NCBI GenBank assembly: GCA_050015075.1
Contig: JBEKCB010000018.1
Span: forward strand, 33,751 to 97,750
Origin: Candidatus Brocadiia bacterium
GTDB lineage: Bacteria; Planctomycetota; Brocadiia; CAIUPP01
Reading direction: 5' to 3'
Length of the DNA: 64,000 bases
Below the pieces are notes generated by a model. That model was not told the origin of the DNA. It was given only the letters and a program-made list of their open reading frames with translations, and searched no databases. Both the position numbers and the translations under genes were made by a program. This document shows positions 37,938-46,870 of the stretch, one piece after another. Positions within the stretch are counted from its first letter, which is position 1, and each line of letters begins with the position of its first letter.

Positions 37938-40546
37938 CGCCGCGCTTTTCGGGCGAGCAGCCCGCCGAGCGCCGCCAGCCAGCCGGCCGCCGCGATGATG
38001 GAAATCCACAACCCGATCCGGAAGCCTCGCGGCGCGTACTCCATCAGGATCTTGTGATGGCCCGCCTGCAGCGGCACCGCGCGCAGGCAGTAGTTCGCGG
38101 GCATGATCTCGTAGTGCGACTGCGGGCCGGCCTCCAGCGGCCGCGCGCGCCAGCCGGCGGAATAGTCGTCGGTCACCAGCAGGATCGCCGGCCGCTCCGT
38201 CTCCGCTTCGATGACCAGGTAGTCCGTGCCCGATTCCACCACCGCCGCGTAGCCCGGCTTGCTCGCCGGCGCGGGCTCCGGGTCCGGCCGCGACTCGAGG
38301 ATCACCTGGCGGCTCGGATCGAAGCGCACGTCAATCAGCGCGGCGAAGATGTCGTCGCGCTTCGTCAGAAGCACGTAGTCCCGCATCAGCGCGACGTGCG
38401 GCAGGATGTCGTGCACCTCCGCCGGGATGGCCGGCAGAATGCTGTACTGGCAGCGGAGCATTTTGTAAATCGGCAGATACAGGCGGAACGGCAGCGAAGG
38501 CTCCGCCACGTCCGGGTCTATGCCCTGCGTGAACCACATGAAGCGCCCGTAGCGCTCGGGCACCAGCGGGCCATATCCCCAGATGTCGTATCCGCCGGCC
38601 GCCATGACGAAATCGCCCTCGGCCGGCTGCAGGACGCGGAAGTCGCCGGGGTGGCCCTGGAAGAAATCCTTGAGGCCGAACGCTCTCTTCGAGAGATCGA
38701 ACGACGTCCTCAGCGACCCGGCGAAGAGGAGCATCTCGCCCATGCCGAGGACCGCCAGGCAGAGGCCGAGTTTCCGCGGCGATTTGAGGAAGAGCAGGCA
38801 GATTCCGGCGACCACGCACGGGCCGGCCGCCCACAGCAGCGATTGGCCCGCATGGACCTGGGCCTGTCGCGCGAACGCGGGATCGTTGTACAGCCTGTTG
38901 TACATGTGAATTTCCGGCGTGTCGCGGACGTCGCGCATGATCCGCCACCACCAGGGCGCCGGTTCCGTCGGCCCGACCGACACCGCCATTCCCGCGCCGA
39001 GGCCGATCAGCAGCGCCGCCAGTACCAGCGGCGCCGCCGCCAGGCGCACGTTGAACTTCTCCGCGCGCAGGAGCCGGTCCAGCCCGATGCCCGAAAGCAG
39101 CACCAGGAACGCCGTGGCCGGCACGGCGAATTTCGACATGCCGCGGAACCGGTTGAACCCCGGCGCCCAATCGTAAAGGAGGCGGAAAAGCCGCACGTCG
39201 AAAAGCGGCGTGAACCACCACAGAGCCAGCACCGCCGATAGCAGAAGGACCAGCGCCGTCCGGATGAACAGCCGCAGCCGAGGCCTGTCCGCGGCCGCCC
39301 TCCAGAACCTCAGCAGAAGGACCACGCCGATGAGCGAAGGGAAAAGCCCCGTCACCACCGGCGGCAGCCAGGCTCCGAGCGCGAGCACCAGCAGCACCAG
39401 CACCATCGCGAGCGAGAACCGCCGCTTCGCGCGCTCGCCGGCGACGGCCCCGTAAATCGCCAGCAGCAGGCCGGTGAGGCCGATGAACAGGCACATCTCC
39501 CACACGAAGCACCGGCCCCAGTACCGGAAAAAGGCCGTCTCGGTCTCCGGCCCGAAGAAGCCCGGCGCCAGGAAGGTCAGGAAATTCTCCGGCGGCAGCC
39601 AGAACACGCGGGCGAAATCGTACGGCACGCCGTGCCCGCCGCGAAGGCTCTCGCCGGTCGTCTCCATGCCCGAGAGGATCTGCACGGCCGCGATCGCGGC
39701 GCCGACGGCGCATATCGCCGCGAGCCCCGCCAGGATCCGCGCCCGGTTCACGGACCTCACCCAGCAGAGCGCCGAATAGATCGCCGCGGCCACGCCGACG
39801 TGGAAGAGATACTGCGGGTCGCCGCCGAGGGCCATCATCGCAATCGTCAGCGAGCCCAGCAGAATCCATTTGGAGTGCAAAGTGCGGAGTACGGACTCGT
39901 CCGCCGAAGCCTTGGCGAAGGCGGAGTGCGGAATGAAAGAGGCGTTCGCGTCCTCGAAAAGGCCGTCCAGCGTAAGGAACAGCAACGGGATCCACGCCGT
40001 CGAGATCAGGCCGGTCAGGTGCCCCGCCATGATATGGTAATAGTGCTGCCCGCAGAACATCCACAGCACGCCGCAGAACAGGCAGGCCAGGAACCGCAGC
40101 CCGCGCCGGCTCGCCCACAGGTACATGAACAGGCCGCCCAGGAACACGTGCAGCGCCACGCCGGTGTTGATCGCCCGGGCCAGCGGCAGGAAGAGGTACG
40201 GCCAATTCAGCGGATAGAGCAGGCCCGTCTGCGCCCCGCCGAAGAACGGCGCGCCGGAAAAGATGTGCGGGTTCCACAGGGGGAAATTCCCGTGGCGCAA
40301 CTGCGAGAAGCCGAAGTCCCGCCACGGCGCGTATTGCAGGCAGATGTCGGTGCGCGCTTCGGAGACGACCCGGTCGCCGGTCGCGAAGAGCACGTCGCCG
40401 AAGATCACCAGCACAAAGGCCAGCAGGATTGCGGCGGCGAGCCACGTGCGCCGCGGGCGCTCGGCCCGCGCCTCAGCGGCGGCTGCCTCGGCGCGGCCGG
40501 ATTGCGCATCAGGAGCCGTGCCCGGCTTTTTTCTCTTTGAGCTCAT
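37931..40546 (-). CDS. YfhO-family membrane glycosyltransferase (GT-C fold)
   Basis: FPLWNPHIFSGAPF...Q..LLYP, many TMs, FNRFR, C-terminal GWRA...ANY..RAV.L.AG.H.I...Y.P. Confidence 0.85.
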   Translation of the reverse strand: MSSKRKKPGTAPDAQSGRAEAAAAEARAERPRRTWLAAAILLAFVLVIFGDVLFATGDRVVSEARTDICLQYAPWRDFGFSQLRHGNFPLWNPHIFSGAPFFGGAQTGLLYPLNWPYLFLPLARAINTGVALHVFLGGLFMYLWASRRGLRFLACLFCGVLWMFCGQHYYHIMAGHLTGLISTAWIPLLFLTLDGLFEDANASFIPHSAFAKASADESVLRTLHSKWILLGSLTIAMMALGGDPQYLFHVGVAAAIYSALCWVRSVNRARILAGLAAICAVGAAIAAVQILSGMETTGESLRGGHGVPYDFARVFWLPPENFLTFLAPGFFGPETETAFFRYWGRCFVWEMCLFIGLTGLLLAIYGAVAGERAKRRFSLAMVLVLLVLALGAWLPPVVTGLFPSLIGVVLLLRFWRAAADRPRLRLFIRTALVLLLSAVLALWWFTPLFDVRLFRLLYDWAPGFNRFRGMSKFAVPATAFLVLLSGIGLDRLLRAEKFNVRLAAAPLVLAALLIGLGAGMAVSVGPTEPAPWWWRIMRDVRDTPEIHMYNRLYNDPAFARQAQVHAGQSLLWAAGPCVVAGICLLFLKSPRKLGLCLAVLGMGEMLLFAGSLRTSFDLSKRAFGLKDFFQGHPGDFRVLQPAEGDFVMAAGGYDIWGYGPLVPERYGRFMWFTQGIDPDVAEPSLPFRLYLPIYKMLRCQYSILPAIPAEVHDILPHVALMRDYVLLTKRDDIFAALIDVRFDPSRQVILESRPDPEPAPASKPGYAAVVESGTDYLVIEAETERPAILLVTDDYSAGWRARPLEAGPQSHYEIMPANYCLRAVPLQAGHHKILMEYAPRGFRIGLWISIIAAAGWLAALGGLLARKARRY

Positions 40547-40632
40547 TGCGGCCCTGCGGTCCTTCCGACAGGAGGCGCCTCTTCCCTCGGCGGGATTATC
40601 CGCCATTGCGGCGGCGCGTGTCAACGAGGCGC

Positions 40633-40676
40633 TTGACGCTCAGCCCGCGACGCGATATAATTCGTTATATGGCGAA
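40633..40676 (+). promoter_or_regulatory. ars promoter and probable ArsR operator
   Basis: TTGACG-17 nt-TATAAT followed by the TTCG-N8-CGAA inverted repeat just upstream of arsR. Confidence 0.65.
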
Positions 40677-40691
40677 GTATAGGAGCGAAAG

Positions 40692-41054
40692 ATGAAGGAG
40701 TTCATGGCGGTCACGAAGGCGCTGGCCGACGACAACCGGACGCGGGCGCTGATGTGCCTGCGCGACGGCGAACTGTGCGTCTGCCAGATCATCGAGCTGC
40801 TGCAGCTCGCGCCCTCGACGGTCTCGAAGCACTTGAATATCCTGCACCGGGCCGGGCTGCTCGAGTCGCGCAAGGAGGGGCGCTGGATCTATTACCGGCT
40901 CGCCGGCCCGGACGCGCCGGAGGCCGCGCGCGAGGCGCTGCGCTGGGTCCGCCAGTCGCTCGCGAAAGACCCGCAGATCGCCCGCGACGCCGCCCGGCTC
41001 AAAGCGATCCGCAAGATGGACGTGCGGCAACTGTGTGAACGGTATCGTAGTTAG
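40692..41054 (+). CDS. arsR: ArsR/SmtB family repressor
   Basis: KALAD.NR, ELCVC metal box, STVSKHL, GRWIYY. Confidence 0.93.
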   Translation: MKEFMAVTKALADDNRTRALMCLRDGELCVCQIIELLQLAPSTVSKHLNILHRAGLLESRKEGRWIYYRLAGPDAPEAAREALRWVRQSLAKDPQIARDAARLKAIRKMDVRQLCERYRS

Positions 41055-41074
41055 TCGCTGCCGTGGAGAGAGTT

Positions 41075-41941
41075 ATGGCGAAGACGCTCAAGGTCCTGTT
41101 CCTGTGCACGGGCAATTCCTGCCGAAGCCAGATGGCCGAGGGCTGGGCGCGACGCCTCAAAGGCGACGTGATCGAGGCTTGGTCCGCCGGCATCGAAACC
41201 CACGGGCTGAACCCGCTGGCGGTGAAGGCGATGGCCGAGGCCGGAGTGGACATCTCGCGCCAGCGCTCGAAGAGCGTGGCCGAAGTGAAGGACGTGCCTT
41301 TCGACTACGTGGTGACCGTCTGCGACCACGCGCACGAGAGCTGCCCGCTGTTTCCGGGCAAGGCGAAGATCGTCCACGTGGGATTCGACGATCCGCCGCG
41401 CCTCGCCAGGGACGCCAGGACCGAAGAGGAGGCGCTGGGACATTACCGGCGCGTCCGGGATGAGATCCGCGCGTACGTCGAGCGCATTCCGGAGGCATTG
41501 ACCGGCGCGGGCTGGAATCACAAGGCGCGCGTGCTCTTCTTATGTACAGGCAATTCCGCGCGCAGCCAGATGGCCGAGGCCTTCCTGCGCAAGTACGGCG
41601 GAGACCGCTTTGAACCGCACAGCGCGGGGTTGGACCCGCGGCCCATCCACCCATTGGCGGTGCGCGTGATGCAGGAGGCCGGGATAGACATCCGCCGGCA
41701 GCGCTCGAAAAGCGTGCGCGAGTACCTGGGCAAGATGCATTTTCACCACCTGATCGTCGTGTGCGAGCAAGCCGACCGCAACTGTCCGACGACCTTCCCC
41801 GGCATCGGCGGCCGGCTGTTCTGGCCCTTTGAAGACCCCGCCTCATTCGCCGGCGCCGACGACGAAAAGCTGGCCAGGTTCCGTGAAGTCCGCGACCGGA
41901 TCGAGGCTCGCATCAGGGAGTGGATCAAGAGCCAGCCATGA
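41075..41941 (+). CDS. arsC: Tandem two-domain thioredoxin-coupled arsenate reductase (LMW-PTP fold)
   Basis: Two P-loops CTGNSCRS and CTGNSARS, each with a C-X6-CP distal pair and an F.DP motif. Confidence 0.9.
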   Translation: MAKTLKVLFLCTGNSCRSQMAEGWARRLKGDVIEAWSAGIETHGLNPLAVKAMAEAGVDISRQRSKSVAEVKDVPFDYVVTVCDHAHESCPLFPGKAKIVHVGFDDPPRLARDARTEEEALGHYRRVRDEIRAYVERIPEALTGAGWNHKARVLFLCTGNSARSQMAEAFLRKYGGDRFEPHSAGLDPRPIHPLAVRVMQEAGIDIRRQRSKSVREYLGKMHFHHLIVVCEQADRNCPTTFPGIGGRLFWPFEDPASFAGADDEKLARFREVRDRIEARIREWIKSQP

Positions 41942-41965
41942 CTCTCACAGCAACGGAAAGATCGA

Positions 41966-43072
41966 ATGAATGAAAGCCTCGCAAGGCGTTTGTCGTTTCT
42001 CGACCGGTACCTGACGCTCTGGATTTTCCTGGCCATGGCGGCGGGCGTACTGCTGGGATATCTCGCGCCGGGCGTCGGCGACTGGATCGGCTCGCTTCGC
42101 CCCGCCGGCACGCAGACGAGCATCCCCATCGCCGTCGGCCTCATCCTGATGATGTACCCGCCGCTGGCGAAGGTGAAGTACGAGGAACTCGGCGACGTCT
42201 TCCGCAATTACAAGGTGCTGGGCCTGTCGCTGCTCCAGAACTGGGTCATCGGCCCGGTCCTGATGTTCGGCCTGGCCGTGCTGTTCCTGCGCGGGCGGCC
42301 GGAGTTCATGATCGGCCTGATTATGATCGGCCTTGCCCGCTGCATCGCGATGGTGATCGTGTGGAACGACCTGGCCAAAGGGGACGCCGAATACGCCGCC
42401 GGGCTGGTGGCGTTCAACTCCATCTTCCAGGTGTTTTTCTACAGCGTGTATGCATGGTTTTTCATCACCGTCCTGCCGCCGATGCTCGGACTGAAAGGGG
42501 CCGACACCTCGGCCATCACCATCGGGCAGATCGCGCGGAGCGTGTTCATCTACCTGGGCATTCCGTTCCTGGCCGGCATGATCACGCGCGCGGTCCTGGT
42601 GAAGCTCAAGGGCAAGGAGTGGTACCATGGCGCCTTCATTCCGAAGATCAGCCCGATCACGCTGGTGGCGCTGCTGTTCACGATTGTGGTAATGTTCTCC
42701 ATGCAGGGCCGGAAGATTATCGCGCGGCCGCTTGACGTGGTGCTGATCGCCGTGCCGCTGCTGATCTACTTCGTCGTGATGTTCCTGGCGAGCTTCTGGA
42801 TGAGCCGGAAGGTCGGCGCGAATTACGCGCAGAGCGCCACGCTGTCGTTCACGGCGGCCAGCAATAACTTCGAGCTGGCCATCGCGGTGGCCGTCGGGGT
42901 GTTCGGCATCAACCACGGGGCCGCATTCGCCGCGGTCATCGGCCCGCTGGTGGAAGTGCCGGCGCTGATCGGCCTGGTGAATGTCAGCCTGTGGCTCAAG
43001 AGGAAGTGGTTCGCCGGCGAGCCGGCCGAGGTCGCGCCCGGCTGCGCCGTCGGCGGGCGCTCAGCGCAATAA
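41966..43072 (+). CDS. acr3: ACR3-family arsenite efflux transporter
   Basis: [52 protein letters not shown]. Confidence 0.95.
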   Translation: MNESLARRLSFLDRYLTLWIFLAMAAGVLLGYLAPGVGDWIGSLRPAGTQTSIPIAVGLILMMYPPLAKVKYEELGDVFRNYKVLGLSLLQNWVIGPVLMFGLAVLFLRGRPEFMIGLIMIGLARCIAMVIVWNDLAKGDAEYAAGLVAFNSIFQVFFYSVYAWFFITVLPPMLGLKGADTSAITIGQIARSVFIYLGIPFLAGMITRAVLVKLKGKEWYHGAFIPKISPITLVALLFTIVVMFSMQGRKIIARPLDVVLIAVPLLIYFVVMFLASFWMSRKVGANYAQSATLSFTAASNNFELAIAVAVGVFGINHGAAFAAVIGPLVEVPALIGLVNVSLWLKRKWFAGEPAEVAPGCAVGGRSAQ

Positions 43073-43082
43073 GGAGGCGGCG

Positions 43083-44138
43083 ATGGATGCGAAACTGACG
43101 CGATGTTCGCCTGCAAGAGTCGTCCTGGGCGTGGCGCTGGCGGCCGGCGGCTTGCTCTGGTCCGGGTGCAATCCCGGTGCCGACGTGCAGCAAAAACCTG
43201 TTGTCGTCGGCTGCGCCACTTCTACCGCGGTCAAGTCGCCGAAGGAACTCGCCCTGGCCGGCTTCCTCAGCGGGTTGAAGTTGGAGGGCAAGCCCGTCCT
43301 GATCGAGTTCGGAATGGTCGGCTGCGTGTTGAGCGGACAGGGCCTCGACAACATGATCGCCCTGCAATCGGCCGGCACAGTGCCCGGCCTGGCGTTCGTG
43401 CGCGTGGAAGGCAACCCGGACGACGCAGCCGTCGCGCAGTACTTCAAAGACAAGGCGCCGCCGTTTCCCGTTTACCGGGACCGCCAATCCGCTCTGGCCA
43501 AGGCGCTCAGCGCCACGGCCTATCCCACGTTCCTGCTGGCGGACAAGTTCGGGCACATTCGCTACCAGGGCAATTACCCGCAGGAGAACCTGGTGAAGTG
43601 GGCCCAGGCTCTCGTGGCCGAGAACCAGGACCCGGACGGCAACGCGCCGCAATTCGGCGCAAGGGAGCTCGACGTCGAGAAACTCCTGGCGGACAAACTG
43701 CCCGACCTGAAAGACCGGATCAAGCCCCTGGGCGAGTACAAAGGAAGCGGCGGGCTGGTGCTGCTGTTCGTGGATACCTCCTGTCCTTTCTCGGCGGCCG
43801 CGTTGCGGGAGATGCCGGCGGTCTCCAAGACGCTCGCCGGGCGGAACGTTAACGCAGTCGTCCTGAACACCGGCGATTCGCAGTCCGACGTGCGGGAGTT
43901 CTACGCGCGGAACGACCCTGGCGCGCCGGTCCTTTACGACGTCGGAGCAGCCACGCGCGACGGGTGGAACGTGCATTCGGTTCCGGTCGTCGTTTACATC
44001 AGCCCGGCCGGCAAGGTCGGCTATCAGGGCGAAGCGATCTGGGCCAACATGGGGTCGGCCATCGGGACCTCGCTGGGGCTGGCGCCCGGCGCCATCAAGT
44101 TCACGGCGACCGGCACAGGCTTTGGCTGAGGGAAGTAA
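43083..44138 (+). CDS. Lipoprotein with two thioredoxin-like domains; candidate C-terminal selenocysteine (UGA 44127-44129, otherwise ends 44129)
   Basis: AGGAGG RBS, lipobox LWSGC, GCVLS and SCPFS sites, YPTF and VPVV cis-Pro loops; ends GFG-TGA-GK-TAA with a downstream hairpin. Confidence 0.75.
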
Positions 44139-44249
44139 CGACGTTGCGCCGCCCGTGAGGCGGCGCGGAAGAACGATTCCTGGGGTCCCGGCGGAGGCCC
44201 TTCGCTCCGCTGGAGCATGAAGTGAAGTCGTCGTTGCAGGAGGAAAACC

Positions 44250-44705
44250 ATGAGCAAGAACGGCGAGGCCGCCGTGGCGATGTTCCTGCAGGGGTACAAC
44301 TGCGCGCAATCCGTGCTGGTGAGCTGCGGGCAAGAGTACGGCCTGCCGCGCGAGACGGCGGTGCGGGTGGCGCAGGCGTTCGGCGGCGGCATCGGCCGCA
44401 GCGGCAACGTCTGCGGCGCGGCGACCGGCGCGCTGATGACCGTCGGGCTGAAATGCTCCGTGAAGGACGCGACGGACCTCGCGGCGAAAGCGGAGGCCGG
44501 CCGCATCGCGCAGGAATTCCTCGCGCGCTTCAAGGCGCGCAGCGGATCGCTCCTGTGCCGCGACATCATCGGCTGCGACCTGTCCACGGCGGAAGGCTAC
44601 AAGTACGCCGTCGAGAGCGGCCGCCACCAGACCATCTGCCCCAAGGCCATCCGCGACGCGATCGAGATTATCGAAGATCTCTTGAACCCTGTGGAGAAAC
44701 GTTAG
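44250..44705 (+). CDS. C-GCAxxG-C-C family redox protein
   Basis: YNCAQSV, FGGG.G..G.VCGA.TG, LLCRDI, ICP. Confidence 0.88.
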   Translation: MSKNGEAAVAMFLQGYNCAQSVLVSCGQEYGLPRETAVRVAQAFGGGIGRSGNVCGAATGALMTVGLKCSVKDATDLAAKAEAGRIAQEFLARFKARSGSLLCRDIIGCDLSTAEGYKYAVESGRHQTICPKAIRDAIEIIEDLLNPVEKR

Positions 44706-44800
44706 GACATTGGGAAATTGGGAGATTAGGAGATTGGGACATCTGAAGAGCGCTGCGACAGCCTCCTAATCTCCCAATCTCCTAATCACCCAATCTCCTA
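44703..44800. repeat. Inverted octamer repeats (GGAGATT[A/G] / [T/C]AATCTCC)
   Basis: ttgggaaattgggagattaggagattggg ... cctaatctcccaatctcctaatcacccaatctcc. Confidence 0.75.
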
Positions 44801-44815
44801 ACCAGGAGAAAAACC

Positions 44816-45610
44816 ATGCGACGAAATGACGCGACTCACACGATGGTGAAGAAGGCTTATGCGGCCGTTGCCCGGCGGCAGTCCTCCCGCTGCGGCAGGC
44901 GCGCGGCCTCGTGCTGCGACAAGTCCTGCGACGTGCCGGACCAGCCGGTCCCGGAAGCGGAACTGGGCCTCTCGTGCGGCAACCCGGTGGCCTTCTCGCA
45001 CCTGAAGAAAGGCGACACCGTCCTCGACCTGGGCAGCGGCGCGGGGCGCGACGTGTTCCTGGCCGCGCAGAAAGTCGGCTCGAAGGGAAAGGCCATCGGC
45101 GTGGACATGACGCCGGAGATGCTCCGGCTCGCGCGCCGCAACGCGGAGAAATTCCGCACAGCGGCGCGGCTCGACAATGTGGAGTTCCGCAGGGGGCTCA
45201 TCGAAAAGCTGCCGGTCGCCGACGCGGCCGTGGACGTCGTGATCTCCAACTGCGTCATCAACCTCTCGACGGACAAGCCGCAGGTGTTCCGCGAGGTGCA
45301 CCGCGTGTTGAAGCCCGGCGGGCGGATGATCGTCTCGGACATCGTCCTCGAACGCGCGCTGCCGGCGAAGCTGAAGGCGGACGAACAGCTCTACAGCGCC
45401 TGCATCGCCGGCGCGCTGCTGCGGCGCGACTACCTGGACGCGATCCGCGCGGCCGGCTTCGCGAGCGTGAAGATCCTCTCCGACCGCCGGCGCAACAAGG
45501 CTGACATCGGCGGCGACCCGATCACCGCCGACGTCGCCTCCGATCTCAAAAACGCCGCGTCGTCCGTCACCGTTATGGCCGTGAAACGTGCAGCGTGCTG
45601 CTGTCATTAG
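44816..45610 (+). CDS. arsM: Arsenite S-adenosylmethionine methyltransferase
   Basis: Cys-rich N-terminus, LGLSCGNP, LDLGSGAG.D, GVDMTPEM, DVVISNCVINL, CIAGA. Confidence 0.9.
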   Translation: MRRNDATHTMVKKAYAAVARRQSSRCGRRAASCCDKSCDVPDQPVPEAELGLSCGNPVAFSHLKKGDTVLDLGSGAGRDVFLAAQKVGSKGKAIGVDMTPEMLRLARRNAEKFRTAARLDNVEFRRGLIEKLPVADAAVDVVISNCVINLSTDKPQVFREVHRVLKPGGRMIVSDIVLERALPAKLKADEQLYSACIAGALLRRDYLDAIRAAGFASVKILSDRRRNKADIGGDPITADVASDLKNAASSVTVMAVKRAACCCH

Positions 45611-45643
45611 GAAATCGGGACATTGGGAAATTGGGAGATTGGG
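45607..45643. repeat. Half copy of the octamer repeat after arsM
   Basis: ttaggaaatcgggacattgggaaattgggagattggg. Confidence 0.65.
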
Positions 45644-45698
45644 GCTCTCTGAAAAGCGTAAGCCGTTCCCATGCGGCTCAACCGATGATGGCTGCCAG

Positions 45699-46859
45699 CT
45701 ACTTCGTGTCGATGCCGGCGTCGCGGTCGAAAAGGTTCCAGACCCGTTGGCTGGTCGGTGAACTGATCGTCAAATCGTCCACGCCCATAAGGGCGGTTGC
45801 GCGGCCGGTAGTTCCGTTGGGCAAGGTATAAGTGTAGCCGGTATTCCATCCACTGAAGTTGCTGATGCGGTGGTCCGAATCATCATACCACTTGACGTGG
45901 TTGTCTCCGTAGAGAACGTTATAACCGACCTTGTGCGCCGATCTCGCGAGGCCGCCGCCCGATTTGAAGCCGGTTGGCATGGATGTGTTCCAGGCATAAT
46001 CAAAGGTGTCGGAGCAGATGGCCCGGTCCTGCAGCGCGCGGCGCGTCTTGAACGCCGGTGTCATGAATTGGGGAAATACCAAAGGGGACACTGATTCCAG
46101 CGGCACGACGCACTGGCCGCTGCCATTGTCCAAGCCCGCCGGATCACTTCCGCCTGCGGGATTCGGGTCATAATAAAATGGGGTATCGCGGTAGGCATAG
46201 CTGGAGAGGATCGCAACACCTTTATTGCCGTCAGCCAGCGGCGTCTGGAACAGCCACCTGCCGTCGCCGGCTAGAAACATCTGCGTAAGCATCCCGATGC
46301 CAGGCGAGCCGGCGATCTTCTCCCATGCCGCGGGGTCGTAATGGTATTCGAAGTTGTTATAGTACGTGGTGGCGCTGCTTCGCATCTGAGGGCAATCGAG
46401 CACCCGCACGTCAGCCAGATATTGGCTCGCCACTAGGATTCCAAGCCCCACCGGGACGAAATTCGCCTTCACCTGGGAACCGCCGGTCCGTGGCGAGAGG
46501 TCCTTGACGTTCCACGGGGCGCCGGTGGCTGCGTTGTGCTCTAAGCTGCACGCAACAACCATGTGCCGGCTTGGCACCGGAGGAAGCGCGTAGTTCGTGA
46601 TCGGATTGTGCAGGTCGCCGTTGGGATTCGGACAGACTGTGGCCGTGGTCGAGCCGTAGCACGCCCAACTCGGCAGATAATCGTCGTTACTGGCGCAATA
46701 GATGGCGAGCGTTGCGCCGATATCGTAGAGGTTACTCGCGCATCTCGGGCGACGATCCGGGCTTGAAGCGGTGAAAACCGGAATCAAGATCAGGCAGAGA
46801 AGTGCGACTATGAAGAGAACCACGACCACTTCGACGAGTGTAAGCCCCTGATTTTTCAT
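45699..46859 (-). CDS. Prepilin-type N-methylation / H-X9-DG (DUF1559-like) protein
   Basis: GLTLVEVVVV N-terminus, C.SNL, H...YNVLYGDNHV; real start is ATG 46859 with an AAGGAGG RBS. Confidence 0.85.
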   Translation of the reverse strand: MKNQGLTLVEVVVVLFIVALLCLILIPVFTASSPDRRPRCASNLYDIGATLAIYCASNDDYLPSWACYGSTTATVCPNPNGDLHNPITNYALPPVPSRHMVVACSLEHNAATGAPWNVKDLSPRTGGSQVKANFVPVGLGILVASQYLADVRVLDCPQMRSSATTYYNNFEYHYDPAAWEKIAGSPGIGMLTQMFLAGDGRWLFQTPLADGNKGVAILSSYAYRDTPFYYDPNPAGGSDPAGLDNGSGQCVVPLESVSPLVFPQFMTPAFKTRRALQDRAICSDTFDYAWNTSMPTGFKSGGGLARSAHKVGYNVLYGDNHVKWYDDSDHRISNFSGWNTGYTYTLPNGTTGRATALMGVDDLTISSPTSQRVWNLFDRDAGIDTK

Positions 46860-46870
46860 CGCGCCTCCTT

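Noticed and set aside
41939-41968. arsC TGA stop is in frame with acr3 (8 sense codons between), suggesting read-through fusion
   Set aside because: No SECIS-like hairpin, the position is not a Cys site, both proteins are complete, and in-frame spacing is expected one time in three.
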